Positions 1 through 14,532 of a stretch of DNA of 64,000 bases are shown in pieces; position 1 is the first letter of the stretch, and every line of letters begins with the position of its first letter. The DNA lies in NCBI GenBank assembly GCA_046563655.1, contig CM102286.1, positions 4,464,001 through 4,528,000 on the forward strand. The letters run 5' to 3'. The notes beneath the pieces were generated by a model, which saw nothing but the letters and a program-made list of their open reading frames with translations, did no database searches and had not been told where the DNA came from. The position numbers and the translations under genes are program-made. Origin of the DNA: Yuukianura sp. NJ FZ-2021. Taxonomy: Eukaryota.

Positions 1-939
1 TCGTCGACAGAGTCGAGAACGGTAAAACTTCTGTTTTAGTCCATTGTTCAGACGGCTGGGACAGAACTTCCCAGGTAACATTTCCATCAAATAGAACAGT
101 TTTTACTTCAATTGTGAAATTCTTCGTCAAAATTTTGGATTTTTGTGTTCCCAAGTTGACTTCACTCTCCATGTTACTTCTGGATGGGTACTACAGAACG
201 TTACGCGGTTTTCAAGTCTTGGTTGAAAAAGAGTGGCTAAGCTTTGGTCATAAATTTCAGCAGGCAAGGAAGATTAATAATATTGCTGGATCTTAATTTC
301 ATTAGCTTCAACTTCTGTTTTAACTTTTATAGCGCGTTGGACATGGAGACGAGAGACACGCAGACGCAGATCGGTCTCCGATATTTCTTCAATGGGTGGA
401 CTGTGTTTATCAAGTAACCAAGCAGTACCCTAATGCTTTTGAGTTCACTGAAAACTTTCTCATCACCATACTGGATCATCTCTACTCTTGCCTCTTTGGT
501 ACGTTTTTGTACAACACTGAACGAGAACGAGTGGCGAATGAACTCAAAAAGAAAACAGTTTCATTATGGTCTCTCGTCAATTCTAATCCCGATTTCTACA
601 CAAATCCTTTCTACTGCGATGAGGTTTCCCGTAACAAGGTCATCATCCCATCTCCAGCAATTCGTCACTTGAAATTCTGGAAAACCTACTTCTGCAGATG
701 GAATAGACTTGTTCATAAACAGGTAATTGACATGATTGTGCAAAGAACATCAAGAAACCAAGAATTAACATTTACATGTATTGCTATTGTTAAACTAGGA
801 TCCAGTGATGTGTTCGAACAAATATCAACATCTGATGCTTTATAAAGCACAACTGGAAACTAGGCTAGCAGACCTGAAGTTGTTGGAAGATGCGGAAAAT
901 AGAAATCACCGCACTGCCGTGAGAGCCGCGTATTTTTAG
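1..939 (+). CDS. Myotubularin-family phosphoinositide 3-phosphatase (MTM1/MTMR2-like), 3' part; multi-exon, 5' end outside the window
   Basis: Spliced translation gives [14 protein letters not shown] (active-site CX5R), [34 protein letters not shown] and [24 protein letters not shown]. The last exon encodes a short coiled-coil-like tail ending at TAG 937-939. Confidence 0.93.
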
Positions 940-1271
940 ATTACGAATGTGCATTAAAAGTCGCCTAAATTATTCCTATCAACTGGAGTTAATAACAAAC
1001 TGGTTACTAATTGTACTAGCAGTTGAGGTTTTACTATGCAATGGTTCGGATATTGTCCATTTTGTATCATATTGTTTAATTTGAGTGGCAAACACCGGAA
1101 TCGGAAGTAGAGTTTAAGGTTTGAATTATCCTGAATTGAGTTCTGATTTTTTGACAATGATTTCTTAAAAAGAGTTGCTTTTGCTTTAGCTGCTTTCCAT
1201 ATAATGACATTTAAGACAATAAAGTTCCAAGTACCTGGTTGATTTACGTTTTTTGTTATCTTCAGTTGAGC

Positions 1272-2784
<1,513 letters not shown>

Positions 2785-4169
2785 CTTGGAAAATATCCTG
2801 TAGTTCCTTCGACAATTCCCTTACAAGAGCTTAACCCGGTAAATGTGTTGATTTAGGTTGATTTTCGGGTACGGTATCCTCTGCTGGATTCTAGAAGACA
2901 ACCCACGTTGCAGCCGGAAAGATCAAGAAAGCCACTTCAAATTTAAATTCAAGCACTCGCTTCTTATCACGCGCTCTTATCAACAGAACTCTCACCCTCT
3001 TATTACGACATCTCTTACAATTAGACCATCCATTAATTCCAATACCATGCTGACACTTGACAAAAAATTGGAAGCTGACCTCTGACCCCGCTACTTCTCA
3101 AGACTTTTTTGCATTACAAGTTACCCTATGATTAGAGCGTTAGTACATCGTTAAATTAAAATGCTATTGTCATTTTCACCTACAAAAATTTCAATGCAAC
3201 CTCAAAAATTTACCGGATATGGCAGTCCCATTGTTAACCCGCCATTTTCCCGCCATGTAATTTAAAATTTTCTTGGCGGACGGAATTCTAAACGTTTTTA
3301 TCATTCTGAAACTGAATTTCGTCGATTTATCCAAAAAAAAAAATGAATTTTCCCGCGGACTGTTATCGGTTTCACATTGGGGCACGCTGAGATGTGCTCT
3401 TACAAGCATGACTAAAAACCACAAAGATTATTGAGTTTTTATGACGTTTTTGTTGCACTTTTCGGTAATTCTTTTTTTGTTTCGCAGTGTTTAGCTTCCA
3501 TCAACCAGAACCAGTAAACAATCACTTGATGAAATTACAAATTTAAATTTAGTTAACAACTAATGATTTCATAATTAGTAAAATTGATCATTTAATTGTT
3601 AAAAAGACTTCCACGAAACCCCTTCTGGCGTGACATCCAGTACTAAAAAATGCAGGATGAAGACCGTAAATGCCTATATTTCCTGGCTTTTGTATTACTC
3701 AAGGTCAACCGGTCTGGGCCATCATTTAAGCCTACTCTAAACCCTAGTATTGTTAGGTGCTGTTCTGCTGCTAACCATGGACTTGGTAAGGCCAAGGATA
3801 TGGTTTATGGAGTCGCTTGGTTATGTTCTTGAATCGATATGATCTGTAACTCTGACTCAGAAAAACAGTCATTCTTTCATTAGAATCGGCATCGGTGCAA
3901 GACTTCAAAAGAAAACATAGAGAGTCCTCAAAATAAACTGATTGTTTAATGTAGTCCTTGTGCAAATTTGAACTCACAAAACTTTTTAGAGTTCGTAGTA
4001 CAAGTACAAGTAACCAAAAATAGTTGAATCTGCAATTCAAAAAATTCAGACTTTCGTGGAACATCATCGTCTGTGTCCTCGGGCGGATTGAAAGTTAACA
4101 CATTCTCAAACCTAGCACTTCAACTACGTTTCAGCACCGTTTCAAAATTCTGGACACTAACGAAATGTA

Positions 4170-7025
4170 ATGGCAAACTCTAGTGAAACGAACAGCAACA
4201 ACGACAATTTAGAAATGAAACGCTCAAAACCAAACAAAGTGGCCAGTGACCAATCGTTTTTCACACCAACATGGCACCAGCATTGTTGTAACGATGCTTG
4301 TGTGCACAGAGTTGCGCAGACTGCCGATTCTGCTAAACTGTCGGAATTTCTGAAGCGAAACACCGCAGACGTAAATTTAGCAGACGAGCAAGGAAGAACG
4401 GCTCTGCATTGGGTCAATTCAATTAGTAAGTTTAGAAGTTACATAATTCATTTATCACAAAGGGAGGTTCAAATATTGATTTCAAAAAACCATTTCTTAG
4501 AATGCAGTTGCGAAAACTGTTTGAATCAAGCAGAGGAATGCGTGCGATGTTTGTTGGACAGCGGTGTAGAATTGGACGTAAATTGTAAAGATTCTGAAGG
4601 AAATACTCCGCTGCATTTGGCAGTGAAATATGGAAATACTAAAGTAGCGCAGCTTTTACTTGCAAATGGTGCTGATACTTCAATTAAGTAAGTTTTCAAC
4701 ATTTAAAATTAAATTTTTGAAGAAAGTTTAAAAACCTCCGACTTTGTTCAGAAACAACGAAAATCAGGAAGTACTTTCGATGATTGCTCAAAATTCGCCA
4801 GAAGTTATGGTGTCCGTCCTCAATCAGGCAGTTACCGTTGCCAAGTTTTATCCCAACAGCAAAGATTGTGTTCTATCGCTAGATTTCAGGTAAATTCTTT
4901 TAAATTTTGAATATTTCGGGATTAGTGAACCCGGAAATCCGAATCATAACACAAATTTTTGTAGTCTTATTTGATAAAATTTGATGCTAAACTTTCAACG
5001 CCAAATTGTTACGCGCATGTATAGTGCACACAAACTTTCACGGTGATTGCTTTAAAATGTTTACTTATTCTATTTTTTTTTTACCATCAGTGCTGTCACT
5101 GGTAATACAGACGACTCTGGAAAAAGCACCAAGTATAGGAGGGAGCTTTCGCTTTTAAATCAACTCCTGCGCACTAAAAAAGCAACGCGCCAAAAAGTAC
5201 TTACGCATCCATTAGTCATTCTTTTCCTGGATCAAAAATGGCGGCGTGTCAGGATGTACTACATGATGCTCTTTTTTTGCTATGTAAGAAACGTGAAATT
5301 CGTTTTCTATCAAAGCAAATTAAAAAATTCATTTAAAAAGATGACTTTTTTGTAGCTCTTTTGGTTGCTGTCTTACACAAGCTTTATCATCAAAGTGTAC
5401 TTGGTCAGTTGCCCTTGTGAAACATTTTCAAAAGAAATTAGAGCAAGATCTGCAATCAACCGAATAGCTGAATTTGACCATGAACTGTCTCCAGAGGTCA
5501 ACCGATGTCAACTGGAGACAGGATTCACATACAATTCATGTACAGTTCTGCTCCTGACGCTCATAATGGCTGTCAATGAAATTCTGAAAGTTGTTACCAC
5601 TCCGAGATTGTATTTCAGAAACAAGTTGAATTTGGGAACATGGGTTTTAATTTTCATGGTAATCATCACAACAGCACCGGTCCTCATGAAGACAAATAGT
5701 CAATTGGAGTCATGGCAGTATGAAGCCGCTGCAGTAAGTTCCGAGATTTCTACTTTCAAATTCAAAATCTTTTTTAAATTTCAAACCAACAAATTTTTGT
5801 GAAACGAATGTTTTAGTTGGCGATTTTTCTGTCGTGGGCTTTCATTTTGCGTCAACTTGGAACGTTTCCTTCACTCGGAAGATACGTTGAAATTCTTGGC
5901 CATGTACGATTCTTACGCCAATTTTTTGCGCTTGATAAAACTTAGTTTTGGGACAACCAATCTTGAAACCAATCTATTTTCGAATTTTGCACAGGTATTG
6001 AAAAACTTCAGTCTGTCGATGCTAACGTTCTCATCGCTGTTCATGGCCTTTGCATTGGCTCTTAACGTTTTATTTCCAGGCGTAAGTTTTATTTTCGAAA
6101 AAATTTTGCAAAAAATAGAAATAATGGAACCTTTTATTTCAGACTGGAAGTTTTTCACATTTTTTCTATGCAATTATGAAATGTATTGTAATGTTTACCG
6201 GAGAAGTTGACTACCAAGACATGTTCTACGACAAGGACAAAGACGACGCCACTGGACCAATCGTTGGACATCTTCTATACGTTGCATTTGTTTTGATCGT
6301 ATGTCCCACAAGAACTATGAAAATTTTGAGAATATATCTATATCATTTTCAAAACATTTTCAAATTTTTATCACATTCACTTTAACATTAACTACCTAAT
6401 TTTTTAGATCACCGTAGTTCTTATGAACTTACTGGTGGGTTTGACAGTGAGTGACATTCAGGTGGGTTTTTTGAAAATAATACACAGATATTGAAATCAT
6501 GGCTCCAGTTTTTTTTAATTTGAAAACATGACTTCGGAAATACATTCACTAATTTCATTTTCTCCAGTCTCTGCAGAAGGAAGCAGAATTGACACGTGTA
6601 TTTCGCCAAATCAGCGAAATGCTCAGCCTGGAATCCGCAGCTTTTTCTAGCAAGTTTCCTAAACCTTTCAATCGCTACTTCCAACGCATGATCTCAGTCA
6701 CTGGACACAAAGTTGAAGCTAAACCAGGAGAAGCAGCGTCTCCCGAAAACAAACTCCTGGACGAAACGTATTCAACGTAATGATCAAATATCTTTAACTG
6801 AAAAATAAAAGTAGTAACCATATCTTTAACTGAAAATTAAAAGTAGTAACCATATCTTTAACTGAAAATTAAAAGTAGTAACCAAAAGTTTCTTTTTTCA
6901 GCTCCATGTTAATCCTACCGAACGATCTAACGGACAAGAGGGTTCCAGAGCACTTGAAAGAAGCTATGCTTAAAATTGCAATAGGGAATTACCATCAGTC
7001 TAAAGTCAAGTCCAGAGGTCAATAG
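4170..7025 (+). CDS. TRPA-family cation channel (pyrexia/water witch-like), paralog 1, with about 3 ankyrin repeats
   Basis: Ankyrin motifs GRTALHW and GNTPLHLAVKYGN; pre-S1 THPLVILFLDQKW; TM segments; pore MFTGEVDYQDMFY; S6 ITVVLMNLLVGLTVSDIQ. Stop TAG at 7023-7025. Confidence 0.88.
6788..6883. repeat. Intronic tandem repeat, 3 x 32 bp (ATATCTTTAACTGAAAA(A/T)TAAAAGTAGTAACC)
   Basis: Three near-identical adjacent copies make up most of the last intron of TRPA paralog 1. Confidence 0.9.
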
Positions 7026-8519
7026 GTTGCAGCGTTACGTTAGATCAGGTGGTACGATTATTCGTATAATTCAAGCAACATCATTTCCACTTCAAGAATT
7101 TGGTTTAATGACGAATGGTCCAATCAAACAAAATTTTGGGTGAAAAAGCTAATTGATAAACGCTTGATTGATATTTTCGAGATTTTTGATTTCAATTGTT
7201 AGTTATGGCTCTTGAAAATCTTGACGCTTAAATGTGTATCTTGTTGACCTTCACCACCATCTTCAAAGTTATTCGTACGTGTTACAATCATTATACACTA
7301 AATATGGTTTTTTATAATATTTAAAAAATATAAATACAATAAAATTCTAACTCCATTATTAACTATCAAAATGATTGTAGCATTTTTATCGAACTTGTCA
7401 TAGAGTTTTACAGTGTAAAAAAATAGCAATCCACTTTTCAATATTTGAAAAAGAAATACGTATTTGCTGGAAATACAATTCGTACAGCGATGAGGTGTGT
7501 CATACACGTCACACGTTGGTTTAAATGATAGAGAAATTCAAAAATGCATCAATCTAGAAATTACCTCATTCAAATTACTTCAGTATTTTGCCCATTGGAA
7601 ATTTTCCACAGCAAAAATATACTTGTAAGGTCAGAGGTCAACCCACCTACAATGAATAACTTCCTACTCAATCAGTTCTTATGATACGCTTTGGATCATA
7701 ACCACACGAGCCTCATAGGCACTAATCGATAGCGAAATTGATAATTTCAAATTTTTCAGCATACTTTTCAGTACACAAAGATTAGAAAGAGGCAAAAGCA
7801 GATGAAGGAGCCACTTGGTAGAAATTCCAGTGAAACAAAAAGAATCACCAGGTAAATTGTCATAATTAAATCAGGATGAAGGCACTTCATATTTGTTCAA
7901 AATTAAAAGATAAAAATCAGTCGTCTAAAATCACTACTATTTAGTTTTTGATACTTACTATTTAGCACTAATTTGGCTTCTACAGTTAATACCAAGTCAG
8001 GTTCAACTGTAAACTGGAGGAGGATAGATAAGGAATCCACTAGAATAACAATGACATGCTAAACAATAGTTTTAACCATTTGGGTAAAAACAGCGCTTCT
8101 GTTTTTACAAGTTAGTGCAACTTTACAAGGGGCTTTTATCACTAGGCGTCAAATACACACCTCTTGTGCTGTTTGTGTCCACTGCTAACTAAAAAAACAA
8201 CTGAAATTGCATTTTGAACTGCGATTAGGCTGTTTCAGTCTATGTTGATTTGGGGATCACGGAAGAGTTAGGCATAAACCATTTGGATTTTTGGAATAGT
8301 GTACATAAGTTTACCATCATCCTCCAGATTAAGTGCAACGTTCAATTGGCCAGTATCAATCATCACGTAATAACTGTAGCATGTAGTTCCAAGATCCATC
8401 AGCGCAAGAGCATTACATGATTCTCAGCGTCAACACTTAGAAATTTCAGTTTGCATTCAAGAGTTGTTAAGGTACAGTAGTGAGCAAGGATTTTCAACTT
8501 TGAGTTTACTCTGGAAATT

Positions 8520-11500
8520 ATGCGGAAATATTCGTGGAAATCTTCCAAAATGAGTTTAAATCTTCCAGGAGATTTTTTAGGAGTTCCAAACGGGAATTCC
8601 GGCGGATCGAGTTTCGGTTCGCCGCCGCCAAGTCCTTGTCCCAGTGCAAATCCTACTTCGAACGGTGGAATATCAGCGTCTACTCCAATTCCTAAAATAA
8701 ATCCACCACCAACGAAAACTCACTCCAACAACAATTCAAAACCAAAATCCAGACCGAGTTTCAAGTATCCCGAAATTCTAATCAACAATAAAGCTCAAAG
8801 TGCTAGATTTCGATGGGCATCGTACTACAATGGATCGTCAGAACAAGCCAGTTTGTGTGACGATCCTTATAGTGGAAAACATGTTTGTTCTGATAAATGT
8901 GCCGATTTTAGTACCCCACTTCATGAGGCTGCTAAAGACGGAAACGCTGAACGAGTCGAAATGCTTCTGGACAATATCGAAGTCAATCCAAACGCTAGAG
9001 ACTGTTTGGGCAGAACTCCGCTTCACTACGCTGTTAAAGGAGGTAATTTTTAGCCTTCCTTTCTGATTTGTAGAAAAATTTGAAAAGTTAAATTGTAAAA
9101 AATTTGAAGATTTTTTTCAAATTTTGAAATTGTTTCATGTGATGTTTTCAGAATGTAATTGCGATTCTTGTATTGCTAATGCTGCTCAATGTGTTAATCT
9201 TCTTGTCAAGTGTAGCCGATGCGACATCAACATTCAGGATTACAATGGAGAGACACCACTTCACTTGGCCGCCGAAAACCAAGCAACAAAAGCCGCTGAA
9301 GTACTAAATTTTTTGTTAAAAATGTTTGCTAATAATGCGAATTTAATAAGTATCATAAAGCGTAAATTTTCATTTCATTTCAAGTTTTCATTTTACATGG
9401 TTTGCAGGTACTCCTTTATAATGGTGCCGACGTTTCGATAAAGTATGTTTGTTTTCATTTAAAAAACAACGCAATAATTGAAGGTTGTTTAAACTTTCAT
9501 TGAGTGATTTTGATTTGGTTAGGTCAAAGAGTGGAGTGAAAGCTGTAAAACTGATGGTAGAAAAAATCCCGGATGCAATGGAATGCTTATTGACACGAGC
9601 AGTGTCAATTGAGAAATATGACGCTTCAAATGCCAAATGTGAAGTAAAGATGGATTTCGGGTAATATTTGCAACTTTAAGCCTTAAGCCAAAAATGCTTC
9701 CAAATTGAAGGGGAGTATTTATCTAGTATCTAAGCCACTTCCAAAATTTTCCAATTTTTTTTTTGCTTCTTAGAGCGATTGTTGGGTACGAAACAAAACT
9801 AGGTACGCGAGACAGTACACGTCAAAAAACTCCGCCCATTAATGCCAATGCCAATGACACCACGCGCCCAGGTTTCCGCAAAGAAACGCAACTTCTGACA
9901 CTCATTCTCGAATCTGCAAACCGAAATTCCCGCAAAAAAATTCTGACGCATCCACTCATTGCCATGTTTTTGTACAAGAAGTGGAGATGTATCAAGCCAT
10001 TGTTTTGGGCCATGATTTTGTTTCACGTAAGTTAAACATTTATACTTCTAATTTTCAGTGCATCTTGAAGCTAATTCATACCTGAAGGTCACTTCCAAGG
10101 TCACATACTTTGACCCCATGCAGTTTCTGTTTGCAAACTAACTACTCTATCAACATTTCAAAGATATACACACATGGGTTCAATCAGTTACTATTTCTAA
10201 ACACAAAACCTAAACATTTTTTACTCTTCAACTTTTAATTTGCCGCGATCTTGTGGTTTGAAGAGCCATTTTGTTTATTTGTTCAATTTTCAATTGGGCG
10301 AAACTGTCTGTAGCAAAAATTTTGAACTTGCATACAAATCAGAACCAGAGAGACGAAGTAATTGAAGGCATGATGACTAATGCACAAAACGCTTAAAAAA
10401 GAAATGTTAAAAGCCAAAGTTTTTAAAAATGGAAAAATTTGTTTATAGGCGGCGCTGTTAATTTTGTATACTGTGTATATTCTGGATGTCTATGTGATCA
10501 GTTGTCCTTATCGATTGAAAATTACGGAACCACTGCACGTAAAAGCAGCTAAAGCAGCAGGACTCAAAGAAGGATTTCTAACAAACCAGAACGAAACGAT
10601 TCGAGCGGAGTACATCCAATTTTCCTGGTTTCAATTTCTACCGCAACTGAACATGAAACAAATTGAACTTGGTAAGTTTTCGAGCGAGGCAAGGTCAAGG
10701 TTATTTAAGTATACACATGAAAAACACTGAGGCAGACTATAACTAAAAGTGCATTAGGGTCAATGACCTCAAAGATTCTGGGTCAATGATCTCAACTTCT
10801 CTGATTATTGTTTAAGGAATCCTTGGGAATACGCTGGAGTGTAACTTGGAAATTGGACCGACCGTCAAGTCTATTTTGCTTTTATCCCTAACGACTCTAA
10901 TGAGTTTCAATGAACTGTTCAAAATGCTGCCAGCACCTCTGCTGTACTGGAAAGCCAGTAACAACCAATTCCAGTGGGCCTACTTTCTAGTTATCTACCT
11001 CACGGCATGGCCTGTCTTCATGGAGCAACCCAACATTTCGTTCTGGCAGTATCAAGTGGCAGCGGTACGTTTTTCATCTACATAATAGAATTGAAAAAAA
11101 AATTCATTTCATCTTTCCCATTAAATTCATTTCTTATACATTATATTCTTGTACATGTCAAATTTTGAAAATGTTTAGTTTGGACTATTTTTGGCGTGGT
11201 CAATTATGTTGTTTCAAATTGGAAAATTCCCGAGACTTGGACTCTACGTTTCAATTTTGATACAAGTAAGGAACATTAAGTTAATCGTTTTACTTTTACA
11301 TTTTACAAATTTGTAATCTACTAAATTGTTTTCAGGTGCTTAAAAACTTTGGATTTTTTATGCTCACGTACGCATCGCTCGTCATTGGATTTGCACTTGC
11401 ATTCTGTGTCATCTTTCCTGGGGTAAACTTAACTCCATCCAAAAATTTTTTAGAGAGGTTATTAGTGGTACAAATCAGTTACTACAGTTCATTCGAAGTT

Positions 11501-13288
11501 TTTTCCGCAACACCGTTGTAAATGTAATTTTGAAAAGGATAACAATATTTAACAATCTGAAATACAAATGCATTTAGTACTAGCATTTATTTCATTGTCA
11601 TTTTTTTTAACAACAAAAATTATTTTACTTTTTTTTTTAAATCCAGAATGCTGCCTATTCTTCGATTCCACTCGCCATATTGAAAGGTATCACATTGTGC
11701 ACATTTCAATTATAACTTTGAATTTATTGGCACATGAAAACTAATTAAGGTGCTTGCTTTACAGTAATGATGTTGATGGTTGGAGAAGTGGATTACGAAA
11801 CGATGTTTTACGGAGAAGAGTAAGCAACGCTCCAGAAAGAAAATTTTAAACCTGACCTAATATAATTTGGATTAGTTTGGATTTGATAAAATCTTAACTT
11901 TCAATTTTTTAATACATCACAGGGAAAGCCCAGTGGATGACCTCCTTGTAAGAAATTGGACCAAACCACTTTTTAGTACTAGAATACTTTTTGACCTGCG
12001 CTGTGGGAAGTAATTGTAACTTTTAATAATTTTAGTATCCCGTAACTGGACATCTCCTGTACGGCTTATTCGTTGTAATGATCACCATCGTGCTTATGTA
12101 AGATTTATTTCACGCGGGCTTTTGCATAAAATTATTGCAAACTATAAATCATAGCAGATCATTAGCGCGAAACCCGAAAGCAATAAGCGCGAATTTATCA
12201 AGTTGGCAACAGTGGAACAGGAACTGAACCACATTGGGGCGTAAGACCAATGCTTTTAACAGGGTAACTAGGTTTCATTGGTAAAAGTAGTTGCACTGTT
12301 GCCAACTTGTGAAATTAGTGCTTATTGTTTTCGCGTTGATGACCTGGAAGCTTAAGAATTAACTGTTTTGCAGGAATCTCCTGGTCGGTTTAACAGTCAG
12401 CGATATTCAGGTCAGTCCCCATCTTCGAAATAATACTTTCACACTAATTAATTCAACTGGTATTCTCAAGAGTGCTGTCATTTGCAAAAGCTAATTCGAA
12501 ATCGAATGCACAGGGCCTACAAAAAGACGGCGAGATTATGCGTCTTTCGCGTCTGATTAGTGAAATCTCGCAATTGGAATCGTTTATTTTTTCCAAACGA
12601 CTTCAGTCAATTTTTCCAGCCCGAGTGGCGTTGTTTCTACGTGATACCATTCTTGTAGTCCCAGTACCGAAACTCGTGTCAACTCTCCCTATGACGGCTG
12701 CAATAGACGACCCAGCAGCAGACAAGTAAACTCATAAGTTGGCAACATTAAAAAAAATGAAATAAGTTTAAAACGTAAATTTTTCATGTTTTCAGTTGTA
12801 CCTTCACTATATATCCAAACGATCCAAATGACAAGTCAGCTCCCGAGCATTTAAAAGCCAGCATTCTGCGTGTAGCGGTATCACGACACCGAATCATTAA
12901 AACAAACCATTGCAGACATCAAGGTGGGCGAGATTCATTTGCTGCGGAAATGGGACCAGCGATGGACGAACCGCTGCCGCAATCGTTATATACACATCTT
13001 GGCTTGCCGCTGCCACATTATGCACTTGGGCCATCATCGACACATTCCCTCTTCGTACCCCAAATTCAATTGGACACTGAAGACATTGGGTTTGTTGGAC
13101 CGAGCTACGCAAGACGCAATGTGATAATTGACGAATATCCGAGAACAAGGAGAAAAAGTACTTCAAGTGCCGTTTCCAATCAAGAATATCTCTCGAGAAA
13201 GCTTGAAGAAAAACTCATGGATAGGATTAAGGTTCAGATGGACGCTTTGTACCAAAAAATAGAAGATAAAATAAGTGAGCTCAAGTAA
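8520..13288 (+). CDS. TRPA-family cation channel (pyrexia/water witch-like), paralog 2, with about 3 ankyrin repeats
   Basis: STPLHEAAKDGN, GRTPLHYAV, GETPLHLAAEN; THPLIAMFLYKKW; pore MVGEVDYETMFY; ITIVLMNLLVGLTVSDIQ; C-terminal coiled coil KLEEKLMDRIKVQMDALYQKIEDKISELK. Intron positions largely shared with paralog 1. The start could be the ATG at 8520 or 8550. Confidence 0.88.
12156..12345. mobile_element. MITE-like element with imperfect ~60-bp terminal inverted repeats, in an intron of TRPA paralog 2
   Basis: CAATAAGCGCGAATTTATCAAGTTGGCAACAGTG on the left pairs with CACTGTTGCCAACTTGTGAAATTAGTGCTTATTG on the right; no coding capacity. Confidence 0.6.
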
Positions 13289-13393
13289 GAGCATTTACTC
13301 ACCACATCCGGTAACAAACATATTCCATGTCACATGTCGCATCGACTTGAAGCCTAACTTAATTCTTATACTCAAACAATTACTAGTAATTTT

Positions 13394-14239
13394 TTAAAGT
13401 TTTCGTCGGTTCTTGCCTGCCAACCACTCGTCAATTACGGATTCGTCATAATATTTGTTATACTTCATGTATCCTGGTCTAGCCGTTGGCTCTGGATCGA
13501 AAGGAGTTTTGAGAATACCTGCATACACACAAATAGGGCACAATAATTATTATTTGATGTAACCATTTACGATCGATTTCAGGTGATATCTAATGATAAA
13601 CGAACTGAATAAAAACTTGCCTGCTAACTTCGCCATTTGAACTAAATAGTCCATCCTTCTGTGCTGTTGAGAGCATAAGCCCGTTACGTTTCTCTGAAAG
13701 AGGTTACCGGAGGGGTCCAAGAATTGCTGCAGTATCAAAACGTCCTGAAACAAAAACGATTTATTTCAATCAACGGTGCTTTGCCAGTACGCGTTACCCG
13801 AAAGAAATGGCTTACGGTATGCTTAATATGCAGACCTAATCTGCACAATGGGCAAGATTTCGACGTTGACGAGTTTGTGTCACATTTTTGAGGATGATTG
13901 GAATAACCCGATCGATGTAACTTCTCAAAGTCTACCAAGTTTTTTCCTCGCGGCGAATCAACGTAGACGCCTTCGATTGTCACTGTTTTTCCATCCGGAG
14001 ATGGCTTCTCAACGACTGAAATTTTGAAAACATTCACGTTATACGTTGGACTTGGAACGTCCAGTCTCTAGTATAATTACTTACATATAGAAAATAAAAA
14101 TTCATAAACTGTAGTAAAAATGAGTTCAAAACTTACTTTCCTTCAAAAATGAAACGCTTGTAGTACTAATTCGTCTCGTAAATGAGTGTGAAGGTGGTCG
14201 GTTGTGATGTAGAGTTCTAAATACGAATAATCCCCTCAT
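13394..14239 (-). CDS. mRpS18A: Mitochondrial ribosomal protein S18A (mL66)
   Basis: Arg/Ser-rich presequence (MRGLFVFRTLHH...), then VTIEGVYVDSPR, CPLCRLGLHIKHTDVLILQQFL...VTGLCSQQHRRMDYLVQMAKLAG (S18 core), and YMKYNKYYDE; four exons. Confidence 0.85.
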
Positions 14240-14532
14240 TACTAAACCGATTAATCGTTAATTGTATGTAACTGTTTTTACAGGACATAAATAATCACCA
14301 ACGAAATCAAAAAGTATTTGTGGCGATTAATTCCAAATTAATTTTGTGTAAACATTCCAGCTGTTGTCAAAGATTGCACTAATCCCCCGAAATGTCGGAT
14401 AAATCAGACGCAGTGTTAAAATGTCGCATCTACGCATGGATAACAACTTTGGTCTTGCATTAGCTTTATTTTAATTGTTTTTGATAAAAATCAGATTAAA
14501 AAATTTGTGTTTGAATGAGCTTCGAAATTTTG

